Part shown: positions 62,845 through 64,000 of the stretch, in pieces
How the letters are laid out: each line of letters starts with the position of its first letter
Numbering within the stretch: position 1 is the stretch's first letter
From: Octopus sinensis
Lineage: Eukaryota
Assembly: GCF_006345805.1 (NCBI RefSeq)
Contig: NW_021837041.1
Location: 9,872-73,871, forward strand
Length of the DNA stretch: 64,000 nucleotides
Reading direction: 5' to 3'
Notes under the pieces: generated by a model
What the model saw: the letters and a program-made list of their open reading frames with translations, nothing else
Told to the model about the DNA's origin: nothing
Database searches by the model: none
Position numbers and translations under genes: made by a program

Positions 62845-63350
62845 CCTTTGCATAGTTTCTATCGCTGGAGATGTACTACAGTGTCAGCTGTTCACTACCA
62901 GTGAACTAAGGTAACACCTCATATTTTTCGAGCACCTTCCGGAGTATCCGAGCGGTTCCAAGCAGTGCTGTTTTCTGTGAGTGCTTCACCCGGGGCACAG
63001 TTAGAATTTCCTTCAGGTCGAGGAGCCTATCCCGCACAAAAGGTCCCTGAGTGAGGTCTGTTTAAGGATGCTGAACGAAATACCAATGTATTATTCAACC
63101 CCCCAAAGGATCCCTCTTAGCACATGGCCATGATGTTACCCGACTACTCTTGCTGGTGATCAGAGATGCATGCAGCAACTACTAAGGGAGATGCTCAACT
63201 GGTTAATCTCAACCAACTGACAAGCAACTCGGTGGAATTGAGCAGACTATTTACCGTAGCTCATCTTTTACACCCAGACAAAACGTGTACATGTTAATAC
63301 TTCCAGTCAGTTAAGATCAAAAGCAACGAGAGCCAATGTTTGTATTATCA
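62845..63350 (-). mobile_element. Chimera: 19.2-kb-type non-coding repeat joined to an R4-like 3' end and (AAT)n tail
   Basis: 63350-62990 is homologous to about 19330-19710. 62990-62845 on the reverse strand encodes QKTALLGTARILRKVLEK..* followed by (AAT)n at 62480-62843. Confidence 0.75.
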
Positions 63351-63619
63351 TAGCAGAAATTATAGACATTCAAAATTCATGTTGAATGTATGACTGTAAC
63401 ATGATATTGAAATACGAAATAATGAATGTGGGTTGTTAAAGTATGTAAAGTCTTGGAAGTTGTGAGATTTAATGTGTAATAAAATGGATTGGATGCCTAG
63501 TTATACACTTCCTTCATGAACGCTTCTTAGTCGACTGTACTCCTGAGTGGACGCTGAATAAGTTTTAGGGAAATGCGTGTGTATGTATGTGTGTGTGTGT
63601 GTGTGTGTATTCTTTTTAT

Positions 63620-63854
63620 TCTTTTATTATTTTACTTATTTCAGTCATTTGACGGCGGCCATATTGGAGCACTGCCTTTAGTCGAACAAATCGAGCCCAG
63701 GACTTATTCTTTGTAAGCCTAGTACTTATTCTATCGGTCTCATTTGCCGAACCGCTAATTTACGAGAATGTAAACACACTAACATCGGTTGTCAAGTGAT
63801 GGTTGGTGGGGAGACAAACAGACACACACACACAAAAACATACATACATATATT

Positions 63855-63909
<55 letters not shown>

Positions 63910-64000
63910 TACATACACACATGTATATATACGACGGGCTTGTATCAGTTTCCGTCAACCAAATCTACTCATAAGGCTTAGGTCTGCCCGAAACTACAGT
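63620..64000 (-). mobile_element. SINE family 1, runs off the window end
   Basis: Diverged match to the family 1 body and tail. Confidence 0.85.

Overview
This is a repeat-saturated, AT-rich eukaryotic window. The SINE families and microsatellite load suggest a cephalopod, probably Octopus (inference from recalled repeat families, not a database search). I recognise no host protein-coding gene, and most of the supplied ORF track is microsatellite translation. The window contains a near-complete Dong/R4-clade REL non-LTR retrotransposon (22.5-26.5 kb) broken by only two 1-nt frameshifts. It also holds further R4, REL, RTE and CR1 fragments, two degenerate Penelope-like elements (PLEs), five Tc1/mariner remnants and about 15 tRNA-derived SINE copies. 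The recurring unexplained signal is minimal type I hammerhead ribozymes (HHRs) with palindromic stem III, from at least five unrelated short repeat families. Two HHR structures stand out. One is a 362-nt tandem/inverted retrozyme-like array with a U3-A8 covariant core (13.7-15.0 kb). The other is a SINE-like element made of a tRNA-derived Pol III head, an (AAT)n tract and an HHR-bearing pLTR-like tail (30.2 and 58.7 kb). All coordinates were read by eye and are approximate to a few nt; ribozyme activity is inferred from structure only.
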